Source of the DNA: Octopus sinensis
Taxonomy: Eukaryota
NCBI RefSeq assembly: GCF_006345805.1
Contig: NW_021831404.1
Location: forward strand, 186,001-250,000
Length of the DNA stretch: 64,000 nucleotides
Direction: 5' to 3'
Part shown: positions 40,458 through 51,623 of the stretch, piece by piece
Layout of the letters: every line of letters begins with the position of its first letter
Numbering within the stretch: the stretch's first letter is position 1
The notes under the pieces: model-generated
The model's database searches: none
The model's input: only the letters and a program-made list of their open reading frames with translations
What the model was told of the DNA's origin: nothing
Translations under genes and position numbers: made by a program

Positions 40458-40520
40458 CGTGTAGCTTCTGTCATTTTCACCTTCAACTTTACGAAAACTG
40501 GGAATTGAAACTCGTATCAT
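40458..40520 (-). CDS. SNX24: SNX22/24-like coding exon 1 (MIRVSIPSFRKVEGENDRSYT)
   Basis: ATG at 40520, donor gtaaat after 40458, phase 0; IPSFR..YT matches the SNX24 N-terminus. Confidence 0.88.
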
Positions 40521-40814
40521 TATTGTATCACCAGTTGTGGCTCAGGGAGCCATTCATTCACACGACAGCAGAATACATAAAAACGAAACTAATACTGCAA
40601 GTATGTGCGGTAGCAATCGTCGTTTTAGTGGCTGGTGATGACTGTTGTAGTAGTTGTAGTGGTTGTTGTCGCTGGTTCTGATGACAGTGTCTTGTTATTG
40701 CTCCTGCTCTGTTATTTATGGTAGTTATAGTGACGGTGGTGGAGACAGGCACTTCTTGATATCCATGTTGATGTCTAGAGGGTAGTGTTGTAGTAGCAAC
40801 GATGTTATTGACAT

Positions 40815-40942
<128 letters not shown>

Positions 40943-42095
40943 TGCTGCTGGTGCCTTGTTATTGGCGATGGTAGTAGTTAGAATGGTGTGTTTTGATGTG
41001 GGGTAGTTGTAACGAACTGATGTGTTTGTAGGGGTGGCAATGAGGATTTTACAATAATTATGTGTACGTATGTATATATATATGTGTGTGTGTATTTGTT
41101 GCGGTGTAGTAGTGTAGTGGTTATATGTGATTACGGATAGCTGTACTTGTGATAGTGTAATTAAAATGTAAATGGTGACGATGAAACAACGTCAACAAAC
41201 TCACAAACCGCGATCAGGGGTTGAGGTTTAAAGCACCACCGACATCAACAACAACTTCTATGGAACTACAAACACAACTACTACAACCACTGCTAGTAGC
41301 AATAGTGGTGTTACTTAGTACATGTGGAAATCCGTTACAGGACACTGGTCACAAACCAGTATCTTTTACACAGTCACAGTTAGTATATCCACGAATACGG
41401 ACAGCATTGACGAAACTTCCACCCAACAATATCTCTTCTCACCCATTTTACTCCCTCTACCTATCTTTCTTGCGAGTCTTTGTCACTCCCTCTATCTGTC
41501 TTCCTTTCCCTTTCTTACTCACTCCTCCCTACACTATCTATCTTTCTATCTCTTCCTTGTCACTCCGGTTATCTAGTTTCCTTTCTATTTCTCATTCACT
41601 TCCCCTCTAATCATATTCTGCCTTTCTTCTTTCTCTACTTCTCCTTCTCAATGTTACTATGTATTCTTCCTACTCCTTCTACTCCAGTCTACTGTGTGTT
41701 TCGTTTCAGTGCAACTTCCTCTTATCCTCCTCCTCAGCACGTTCTCTCTATTTATTTATCCTTCTAATAATTACTCTCACTAAAGTTTACGCCTTTTTCT
41801 ATTTCTCTCTCTTATTCTCCTCTGCCACCCTCTGTCTTTCTCTCTCTGTCTCTCTAATGCATAATATCCTTGTTTCGTTCTCTTTTTCCTCCCACTCTGT
41901 ATCAACGCTATGATTTCTTTATCTTTCTTCTTTGTTCTTATTTCTCCCCTCTCCTTAAGCTCTTTCTTTTTATTACTCCTACCGCTACATCAACTCTCTC
42001 TTTAATAAACCCCCTATCTTTCTAACACATATCACTCCCTCCCTTTCTGTCTCTGTTTCTTTTCCCCCACCACTTTCATATTGATCTTTTTTTCT

Positions 42096-42104
42096 ACCGG
42101 AAGT
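42096..42104 (+). promoter_or_regulatory. ETS-type ACCGGAAGT motif, possible SNX promoter region
   Basis: Perfect ETS consensus about 1.6 kb upstream of the SNX ATG in CpG-retaining non-repeat sequence; a minus-strand GTGAGT donor at 41204-41199 could end a non-coding first exon. Confidence 0.3.
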
Positions 42105-42617
42105 TGTTCCCAAACCATGTTTTGATGATGTCATCGTTTACATATTCCCGGGTTTTTTTCCCCTCTCTTCTACCGGTCATCTATTTAGAGCAACACCCCA
42201 CGCGTATGCAGTCATACCTTTTGAGTCTCTTAGTCAATCGATGTTCCTTGCTTTCACGCATTTAAAATCACTAACACATATATATATATATATATATTGT
42301 TGTATATATATATATATATAATATATATATATGTGTTAGCGTAGAAGGTGTTTATAAGCTATTTAAGAAACACACAAAAACAGTTAGAGTCACTTCAACA
42401 TTCAAATTTAATTTCTCCAAAATATTTAAAATGTTGAAGTGAATCTAACGGTTTTTGTGTGTTTCTTAAATGGCTTATAAACACCTTCCACGCTGCAATT
42501 GTTTTCGTTCCAGCACACGATCTCAGATCAGGGCATTTGCTATGCAAGTACATCTCCGTAAGATATTGTTGTATGTATATATATATATGTGCGTGTGTGT
42601 ATGTATATATATACATA

Positions 42618-42902
42618 TCTTTATATATAAAAGTGAAGTTGTGTGTCTGTCTCCTACGATTTAGATTCCTAACTACTCCCACATTTTGCGGTGCAGTTTA
42701 ACCAAAAGCAGGTATCTTATAGTCGTGATTCATATCAAGCCCTTCTGGGTATTAGCGCGTGTCTACGATTTAAAAAAAAATTTACTATTACTTTTTCCCA
42801 TTTTTAGTGCATTTTTTGCTATTATTTAAGGGAAATAACTCTAAAAATGCTTATATAGTTATTTCCCTTACAAACCCGAGCAACGCCGGGTGATACTGCT
42901 AG
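42618..42902 (+). mobile_element. Short non-autonomous Helitron related to H2 (285 bp)
   Basis: TC at 42618, CTAG ending 42902, shares the 5' region and 3' ~70 bp with H2. Confidence 0.8.
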
Positions 42903-43436
42903 TATATATATTTATATATATATATATTGTATATTTATATATATATATATATTGTTGTGTCTGGGGAAAGTCATTATGTTTTAATGCCTTATTAATTAAC
43001 ACATCGGTTCAATTTCCACTCATTTTCCTGTCCTAAAATTTTCGTTTCTTCGTGCAACCTCTCCTATAGTTGTTAACTCTGTCCGTTATCGGAGCTGTGT
43101 GTGTGTATGTGTACATTTGTATATATGTATTCTGCATAATCATGCGTTTGTGGGTGTTTGAGTATGTCTGTGTGTATGGGTTCGTGTGACTATGTACACG
43201 TGTCTGTTATGCATGCATGTGTCTCCATATGTGTCCTTGCGTGGACTGTGCGTGTATGTATATGGTCTTGTGTTTCCGTCTGCTGTGTATATGCGGGCTT
43301 GTCTGTCCGTATTACCTATCTATGTTCGCCTACATATTCATTTACTGCTCTCTACTTTAAGAGTATGCTTCTTTTTCGGGTATGTGATACATTGACAATA
43401 TATATATATACAAATATATATATATATATACAAACA

Positions 43437-43480
43437 GTGAACAGGTCGCGGTCTCAAAGCGACGAAAATATTTTGACAAA
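43437..43480 (+). ncRNA. Hammerhead-like motif with G3:C8 swapped core, stem I 5' strand mostly missing
   Basis: GTGAACA-G-GTCGC ggtctcaaa GCGAC-GAAA-ATATT-T-TGACAAA; only 2 bp of stem I remain next to a (TA)n tract. Confidence 0.4.
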
Positions 43481-44375
43481 TTAAATCTGAATGTTGAAGT
43501 GAATCTAACGGTTTTTGTGTGTTTCTTAAATGGCTTATAAACACCTTCCACACTGCAATTGTTTTCGTTCCAGCACATGATCTCAGATCAGGTCACTTGC
43601 TATGCAAGTACATCTCCGTAATATATACTCTCTTTACTCTTTTGTTTCAGTCATTCGACTGCCGACATGCTGGAGCACCGCCTTTAATCGAGCAACTCGA
43701 CCCCGGGACTTATTCTTTTGTAAGCCCAGTACTTATTCTATCGGTCTCTTTTGCCGAACCGCTAAGTAACGGGGACATAAACACACCAGCATCGGTTGTC
43801 AAGCAATGCTAGGGGGACGAACACAGACACACAAACACACACACGCATATATATATACATATATACGACGGGCTTCTTTCAGTTTCCGTCTGCCAAATCC
43901 ACTCACAAGGCTTTTGTCGGCCCGAGGCTATAGTAGAAGACACTTGCCCAAGGTATATATATATATATATATATATTAAGATTCAGGTGCATAAGGCAAT
44001 TAAAGGTAAGGCGCCGGGTTAGGTCAGAATTAAAATGCATACAGCAATTATAGACGGATACCATCATTGGTACAGTACTGGCAGAAGCATATTCGGGTTA
44101 TGTATACAATTAACTGAATCCAACAGAGTATATATCATCAGCGTTTGGGCTAATCCACAAACATACATTTTTTATTAAATACACGGGTCCTATAATATAC
44201 TTCGGAACACGCGAGGGGCCGGTTTCGAGAGAGACGTTTATGTATTTGTTTTGCAGGCTCCTGATGTGAAATCGTGTGTTGAAACAGATGTTGGTATACT
44301 TGGGGGATGGTCATATTTTGCAAGTTAAACAAACACACACTATGTATTTGCTGTTCACTTGAGCTTTATTAGTAA

Positions 44376-44766
44376 CTAGCAGTATCGCCCGGCGTTGCTC
44401 GGGTTTGTTTCGACCCGCTGGAATTGGAATTTTTGAAAAGTAAAAATTTTGCATTATGTAGCTTGTTATTCTCTTCAAGTGAACATTTTCCCGGTTGAAA
44501 TATACTGAAAACTGGCGACACAGCAGTGAAAAAATCGTAAAAAATAGGGATTTTCATAGAAAAAAGCACCTCTTTGATGTAAATAATTTTTGGTGTTAAC
44601 ATGGTCCGATTTGAATTTTATCTTCTACGGAAGGAAGAGCAACCCTTCTTCTATCATACTCTCAATTTTGGTCAACTTGCGCCGCAGGGTCTGAGAGGAG
44701 ACAGTGTTAGTTGAAGGTTACCAAACCTGGCGCACACAGACAACTTCAGCTTTATATAGAGAGAGA
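44376..44766 (-). mobile_element. Non-autonomous Helitron, family H1
   Basis: Close copy of 4635-5025 with TC...CTAG ends. Confidence 0.85.
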
Positions 44767-45692
44767 TATATCATAAGATATATTTTAGTTTTTAGTTTAT
44801 TTTTATTTTTGCCTATCCTTTGACAAAGAAACAAAACTAATAAAGTTAAAATGAAGACCAAATATGTAGTGCGTGTGTTTAAGAGGCAAAATAAGACAAG
44901 CCCCAAGTACAATAACGTATATATATAAATTCGCATATATACATATATGTACATACCTACATATATATGTAAATATAGGAGCAGGAATGGCTGTGTGGTA
45001 AGTAGCTTGCTTACCAACCACATGGTTCCGGGTTCAGTCCCACTGCGTGGCATCTTGGGCAAGTGTCTTCTACTATGGCCTCGGGCCGACCAAAGCCTTG
45101 TGAGTGGATTTGGTAGACGGAAACTGAAAGAAGCCCGTCGTATATATGTGTGTATGTTTGTGTATCTGTGTTTGTCCCCCTAGCATTGCTTGACAACCGA
45201 TGCTGGTGTGTTTACGTCGCCGTTACTTAGCAGTTCGGCAAAAGCAACCGATAGAATAAGTACCGGGCTTACAAAGAATAAGTCCTGGGGTCGATTTGCT
45301 CGATTAAAGGCGGTGCTCCAGCATGGCCGCAGTCAAATGACTGAAACAAGTAAAAGAGTATACATGCATATATGGATACAGGACGTCAAAAATATGTGAG
45401 CAAAATGAGAAACGAGAACATGGAAAACGAACACTTTTTTTTTTCGAACGACGAAAGAAACAACTAGAGAAACGAGACATGCAACATGAAGGACATTCCC
45501 TTCATCAGTTGTCCCCTGTTTTATCTACTTCGAAACGCGGAGTAGATAAAATGGGACAACTGACGAAGGGAATGGTATTTTGCCTGTCTCGTTTCTCATT
45601 TTGTTCACGTTTTATGACGTCCTGTACCCATATATGCATGTATATATACTTTTTTCTCTCCTCGTTTCTCTCCTTGTTTTTTTTTCTGTGTA

Positions 45693-45730
45693 TCTTTCTG
45701 TCGAAGAGCGTAGGCCCGAAACGTAAAAGA
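45693..45730 (+). ncRNA. Second copy of the A6U minimal hammerhead-like motif
   Basis: TCTTT-CTGTCGA-A-GAGC gtag GCCC-GAAA-CG-TA-AAAGA; one stem II mismatch. Confidence 0.5.
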
Positions 45731-45831
45731 CTTTTTCTATTTCTATTCCTGAGCGCTATACTAATACATTTGTTTGTTTGTACTCCACCTGCCTTCGTCT
45801 TTTGTTTCTTTTCGTAAACTTTCCCGTTATA

Positions 45832-45898
<67 letters not shown>

Positions 45899-46112
45899 CG
45901 GGAAAGTTTACGAAAATAAACAAAAGACAGGCAGGTGGTGTACAAACAAACAAATGTATATTTCGTTTTGGGGAAAGTCATTCTCTTTTGATACCTTATT
46001 AAATATTTAACTTATATATATATATATATATTTATATACACACACACACATAGACGCTAAAGTAGCTGGCTTTAAAACCTCTGAAAGAGATTCACATAGT
46101 GATAGTACGAAA

Positions 46113-46297
46113 CAGTAATGTCCGTTGCCACTTGTACATGACTGGTCTACGCAGAACAAATGTTACATTTCAACCCCAGGAAAACATCTTTTCCCGATGG
46201 TTAACGACAGCAGCAAAATATGTTTTCCTGGGGTTAGAATGTAGTAACATCTGTTCTGCATAGAGCAGCCACGTAAAAGTGGCACCGGACATGACTA
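46113..46297. mobile_element. Fold-back MITE, Tc1/mariner-like, ~75-bp arms
   Basis: cagtaatgtccgttgccac...gtggcaccggacatgact arms pair along most of their length. Confidence 0.75.
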
Positions 46298-46301
46298 TAT
46301 A

Positions 46302-46332
<31 letters not shown>

Positions 46333-47049
46333 ATATAATGTGGGTGTCCTTTGTCACTTCCTCACAGAAAAAGGCCATCTCTTCCGTTATCAAACGTGCA
46401 ATCATGAGATCTCATGTGACTAGCAAGTTTGACTTCAGACAAGCAGACTCCGCTGCACAATACTCTCTTTTACTCTTTTAATAGTTTCAGTCATTTGACT
46501 GTGGCCATGCTGAAGCACCACCTTTAGTCGAGCAAATCGACCCCAGGACTTATTCTTTGGAAGTCTAGTACTTATCCTATCGGTCTCTTTTTGCCGACTC
46601 GCTAAGTTACGGGGACGTAAACACACCAGCATCGGTTGTCAAGCGATGTTGGGGGACAAACACAGACACACAAACATATACACACACATACATACATATA
46701 TACGACGGGCTTCTTTCAGTTTCCGTCTACCAAATTCACTGACAAGGCTTTGGTCAGCCCGAGGCTATAGTAGAAGACACTTGCCCAAGGTGCCACGTAG
46801 TGGGACTGAACCCTGAACCATGTGGTCGGTAAGCAAGCTACTTGCCACACAGCCACTCCTCAAGCAGAAAAGACTTAAATATTAACATAAACATTTATTT
46901 ACACGACAGAAAACTACTGGGCGGATTTCATCTAATTCTTCCAAATCTTTATTAAAACTGTATTGGAACCAATTGTCGGGATTTTTTTTGTTTTATCACA
47001 GCAACTGGTCGCACACCACAAGTTTTATAACGGAACCTACTGAAGCAAG

Positions 47050-47500
47050 CCAGCACGCTCACAGCATTACCACGGGCGATGGCGAGACTAAGACCTTGAA
47101 AAGCCAGGCGCCCTCACGTGCATCACCTGACACCTAGGTGAGGCGAGCTGCCAACGTTGACAAGAACTTCGCAGTTGGTGGCCCAGTCTCTCCAAACGTC
47201 TCAAACATCGCAGGCTGGAAGTGATAGTTCACTGTCAGGTCCCGATACTTCAGGGCTTTCTTCTGTTCGGCTACGGAACCAGTAACCCTCCCATTAGCTG
47301 CGGCATCCAGGATGCGGGAAGTAGCAAAGGAGTTGCAGACTGTGACGTACCAAAGAAGGCACCTGCCTCTAAGCCAGGGACAGAGGGTATGACCATCTCG
47401 TTTCAAGATGGGACGTTCGATTCTCCGTCTTTCAAATGCTTTGCAACTATCGTAGATCACTTCTTTCCAAAGCGATCGCATTTCCGTCATCTGCTCCAAG
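47050..47500 (-). mobile_element. CRE-clade RLE LINE C-terminal fragment
   Basis: RDGHTLCPWLRGRCLLW..T..KKALKYRDL..YHFQP..FETFG..G, then LSLAIARGNA. Confidence 0.75.
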
Positions 47501-47619
47501 TTTTCAATATCTCAATAAGGTTTATGCCTTGGATGTTTAACACGTTGCAACTCCCCGTGAAACAATTGCTTAGGTCACCAGTCATACGAGGAAAGTGCCC
47601 AGCGCAACCCATTTGATTG

Positions 47620-47828
47620 CACGAGAGGGTGCTGGAAAGTTTCTGGTTTTAAGGGTGTCACGAAAGGCCCCTCGAGTTTTTTTGTTTTTTTTAACAGGAT
47701 TTAGAAAAACTGAAGGACCGCTGCAATAAGTGCGTGAATCTGAGAGGGAAATATATTGAATAAAATTATAATTAACTGATCCTCCTGTATTTTCTTTTGC
47801 CCAGAGCCAGGAACTTTTCATCACCCCT

Positions 47829-47830
<2 letters not shown>
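47620..47830 (+). mobile_element. Mariner-derived MITE
   Basis: gagggtgctggaaagtttctgg / ccaggaacttttcatcaccc TIRs; LEKLKDRCNKCVNLR-gameshifted EYIE* transposase C-terminus. Confidence 0.75.
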
Positions 47831-47859
<29 letters not shown>

Positions 47860-48338
47860 GCTTCAATTAAAATAGTAATGAGGAATCGTGGCACTCTGTC
47901 AGTTACGACGACGAGGGTTCCTGCTCGTGAAATTAACGAGTGAGTGGCTGAGCACTCCACACACACACAGGTGTACCCTTAACGTAGTTCTCGGGTAGAT
48001 CCAGCGTGACACAGTGTGTGACAAGGCTGTCCCTTTGAAATACAGGTACAACAGAAATAGTAAGAAAGAGTGAGAGAAAGTTGTGGTGAAAGAACGCAGC
48101 AGGGTTCGCCACCTGCTGGAGCATCGTGGAGCTTTAGTTGTTTTCACTCAATAAACACTCACAACGCCTGGTCTGGGAATCGGGACCGCGAGTCCGCTGC
48201 CCTAACCACTGGGCCATTGCGCCTCCACAATGAGGAATATACAAAATTAATTCTGCTAACGTCGTAATGAAATACAACGACAACCCGAAATTTTCATCTA
48301 GAAATCTACCTTGCCTGGACAGACATATTACATTAATA

Positions 48339-48445
48339 CAGTGTTTCTTAACCTTTTTACCCTTGCATAACCCTTAATATAAATTACATGCACAAATAAA
48401 AATATCTTTCTCATTTTTCCTCGTAGTTCACGTGGTAAATATTTA

Positions 48446-48512
<67 letters not shown>

Positions 48513-48535
48513 TTATCTATCTATCTATCTATCTA

Positions 48536-48610
<75 letters not shown>

Positions 48611-48929
48611 ACGGGAAGGTTTACGAAAATAAACAAAGGACGAAGGCAGGTGGAGTACAAACAAACAAATGTATTAATATGGCGCTCAGGAATAGAAATA
48701 GAAAAAGTCTTTTACGTTTCGAGCTTACGCTCTTCGACAGAAAGATACACAGAAAAAAAAACAAGGAGAGAAAAAAATGCGTGTAGGAGCTAACGATCTA
48801 TCATATTATATTATATTATATATAACGATCATAAAATTAGCATTAGTTTATATCAATCTTTCTCGCGGAACCCTTAGGGATCTTTTGCGAAACCCTGGGG
48901 TTCTGGGGAACTCTGGTTGAGAAACGCTG
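48339..48929. mobile_element. hAT MITE of the same family as 33964, hosting microsatellites and a hammerhead-bearing fragment
   Basis: cagtgtttcttaacc...ggttgagaaacgctg; internal similarity to the 33964 copy; TSD degenerate. Confidence 0.65.
48708..48745 (-). ncRNA. Minimal type I hammerhead-like motif, A6U core variant
   Basis: TCTTT-CTGTCGA-A-GAGC gtaa GCTC-GAAA-CG-TA-AAAGA; 5-bp stem I, GNRA-capped stem II, minimal ACGT stem III. Confidence 0.6.
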
Positions 48930-48973
48930 CGTTACTGTTAATTGAGGTGTGGATGCAGAATTTTCTTTCAATT

Positions 48974-49183
48974 TTTTTCCCACGAGAGTTCCGGACCCCA
49001 GTAATGCATACAACCAATCAGAGCTCGCCTTGACTTTGTCAAGTTAGCAAACACACTCTACCAAGTAAACTCAAGACAAAGAACAGCGTTGCAAGTCGAC
49101 CGATCGCCAAGTTATGCCTGATTTTAGGATTGGCTGTATGCAAATTAGTTCATAAGTGAGGTCCGGAACTCTCGTGGGAAAAA
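48974..49183. mobile_element. MITE with perfect 24-bp TIRs and CAATT direct repeats
   Basis: tttttcccacgagagttccggacc at both ends, flanked by caatt. Confidence 0.8.
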
Positions 49184-50698
49184 CAATTTTGCGAGCCGGC
49201 TCTTGTCTTAACTCAGGAGACGCGAACAATTAATATATAGAATGATGTATTTGTTATTAAGCCATGTTTCTCAATACTTGCTTGTTTGCGTCGCATTTCT
49301 AATCCAAGGGAAGTAATTAATTTTATTGAGAAACGGAGTTACGTCCCTTATCTTGTACACTGTTCTTGCTAATAGAATTATTGCAGTTTACATCTCTTAG
49401 CTTTGCAGCAACATCCATAAATTTTATTAATTGAAATTGTAATCATTAGACTTTACACATTTTAACTTACAAGAAAGAAATTTGAATCTTTTCCTTATGA
49501 ACGGCACTTTTCAACACAATTTCTAGTTAACTAAACACTTTTAAACTTCGTATACTGGTAGAATGTGTCAAACTAAAACATTTTTTTCTCTTGGCTTTCT
49601 GGAGAAAATTGTAATTTGTAAGTTTAACGTAGTTTAATTTTTCGAATTTTAACTAATCCTATGCCCCCTATTTAGCTAAAATCATTTGCTGCGTCTAAAA
49701 CTGAGACAACATTGTGTTGAAAAGTGCCGTTCAAAGGGAAAAGATCCATAAATTTATATATTCTTCTAGCTTAGACTTTGAATCCTTGGAAGGTATTTTT
49801 GAGTTGCTGTTTGGTTATTGAAAGCCTTCTTTTGAAAGAAGTTAACGAAATGCTAGAAAAACCAAGAAGTCTTGGAAGTAAGATGGGTGAGGTAGAGTTT
49901 CACAGTTCAGTTTATACGATTTCTGCAGTCATTTGCATGAAATGTGGTTAAGTATTATCATGAAGAAGAACCGTTTCTTTCTTCCTTTTGTTTTCGATTA
50001 AATAATACTAAACGTAAAGTGTAGTTTGTTGATTTCTTGGCAAAACTTCAATGTTGTGATTTGATTCCCCAAGTAGTAGACATAGGAGTGGCTGTGTGGT
50101 AAGTAGCTTGCTTACCAACCACGTGGTTCTGGGTTCAGTCCCACTGCGTGGCACCTTGGGCAAGTGTCTTCAACTATAGCCTCGAGTCGACCAAAGCCTT
50201 GTGAGTAGATTTGGTAGATGGAAACTGAAAGAAGGCCGTCGTATGTGTGTGTGTTTGTGTGTGTGTGTGCTTGTGTGTGTGTGTGTGTGTCCCGCCATCG
50301 CTTGACAACCGATACTGGTGTGTTTACGTCCCAGTAACCTAGCGGTTCGGCAAAAAGTAACCGATAGAATAAGTACTAGGCTTCCAAAGAATAAGTCGTG
50401 GGGTCGATTTGTCCAGCACGGAGCAAATGACTGAAACAAGTAAAAGAAAAAGAATATATGTGTATCACAAGGCGGCGAGCTGGGCGAAACGTTAGCACGG
50501 TGGGCGAAATGCTTAGCGGTATTTCTTGTGCCATTACGTTCTGAGTTCAAATTGCGCCGAGGTCGACTTTGCCTTTCAGCCTTTCGGGGTCAATAAATTA
50601 AATACCAATTGCGTACTGGAGCAGATCTAATCGACTGGCCCCGTCCCCCAAAATTTCAGGCCTTGTGCCTAGAGTAGAAAAGAATGAAAGACAAATAT

Positions 50699-50744
<46 letters not shown>

Positions 50745-51154
50745 ATAGCCATCGGAAAATAATAAAATAACAGCTCGTAAATCTATCAAAAATAATTTTA
50801 AAAAACGTTTCGTTCAATTCGTGTGATATCCAGTTACAGAATTTTTTCTTTTTTATCTTTTACTTCCTAATGCTGTGCATATGCTTTACAGTTTTTCCAT
50901 CTTAAATTTCCCAGCCTAAAATAACAAGAACAAACAGTAAACGCAAAATCATTAGCATAAAAAATATGTACAGAAATCTTCGCAAGGAGTGTAGGTAAAG
51001 ATTAAGTTCGTCCCCAAATAAGCGTCAAAGTTTAAAATTACAGAAAGAAAAGGAAAAAAAGGCTACGCGTGTGTGATCGGATGCATGTGTGCGTGTATAC
51101 GAATGGATGTGTGTGCAGTCACAGGTATGGCTGTGTGGTCTGTCTGTCTACTTA

Positions 51155-51226
<72 letters not shown>

Positions 51227-51420
51227 ATATATATATATATATTATATATATATATATATGTATGTATGTATATATAAACAACTTATAAATAAGGGCAGAC
51301 GAAAAATTTCTAATGCCAAATATGCCGAAAATTGGACATATTGTCCATTACCATATTATTTATTACAATATGCACGCTACTCGAAAAAAAGCTGACAGAA
51401 ATTTCTAAAAAATTCCATTA

Positions 51421-51479
51421 TTACCATATCGGGTCGATTTCAGGGTTAGTTCATAAGAACCCTCCCTTCGTCAGTGATA
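51421..51479 (-). ncRNA. Type I hammerhead ribozyme, canonical core
   Basis: Minus strand TTATCA-CTGACGA-AGGG ag GTTC ttat GAAC taa CCCT-GAAA-TCG acc CGAT-A-TGGTAA: all three stems form (stem I has one G.U), AUA triplet. Confidence 0.8.
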
Positions 51480-51552
51480 AATGTGGTAAAGAAATAAATG
51501 AGTTACTTACTCATACTCATGGAAGAAGCAAAACACTAAGTCATGAGCACAA

Positions 51553-51611
<59 letters not shown>

Positions 51612-51623
<12 letters not shown>

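Larger units (their letters stand above)
933..40520 (-). other. SNX24: Gene span: SNX22/SNX24-like PX-domain sorting nexin, 6 coding exons, 170 aa
   Basis: Six exons with canonical AG/GT ends and compatible phases (63+84+105+89+95+77=513 nt) translate to MIRVSIPSFRKVEGENDRSYT-VFYVQVWMSGRYNSVERRYTEFEDLHKQ-LKKLIATPEFPPKKMLKWNHKVLEQRRQRLQLYIQ-TVCQTTSSNGYIPPALFNFLELEPYEPGF-E-SVDHMLQEPVLCSHKPMVKFEEDAFLYDTNK-T-LLPDTIISGVHLGLYSTEHDATVR*. Collinear from memory with vertebrate SNX24/SNX22; which paralogue is closer cannot be resolved here. Confidence 0.9.

Noticed and set aside
43980-44370. Further hammerhead-like pieces (CTGATGT..GAAACAGATGTT; minus-strand GAAACCGGCC)
   Set aside because: Stems I and II do not form convincingly; at most a decayed relic
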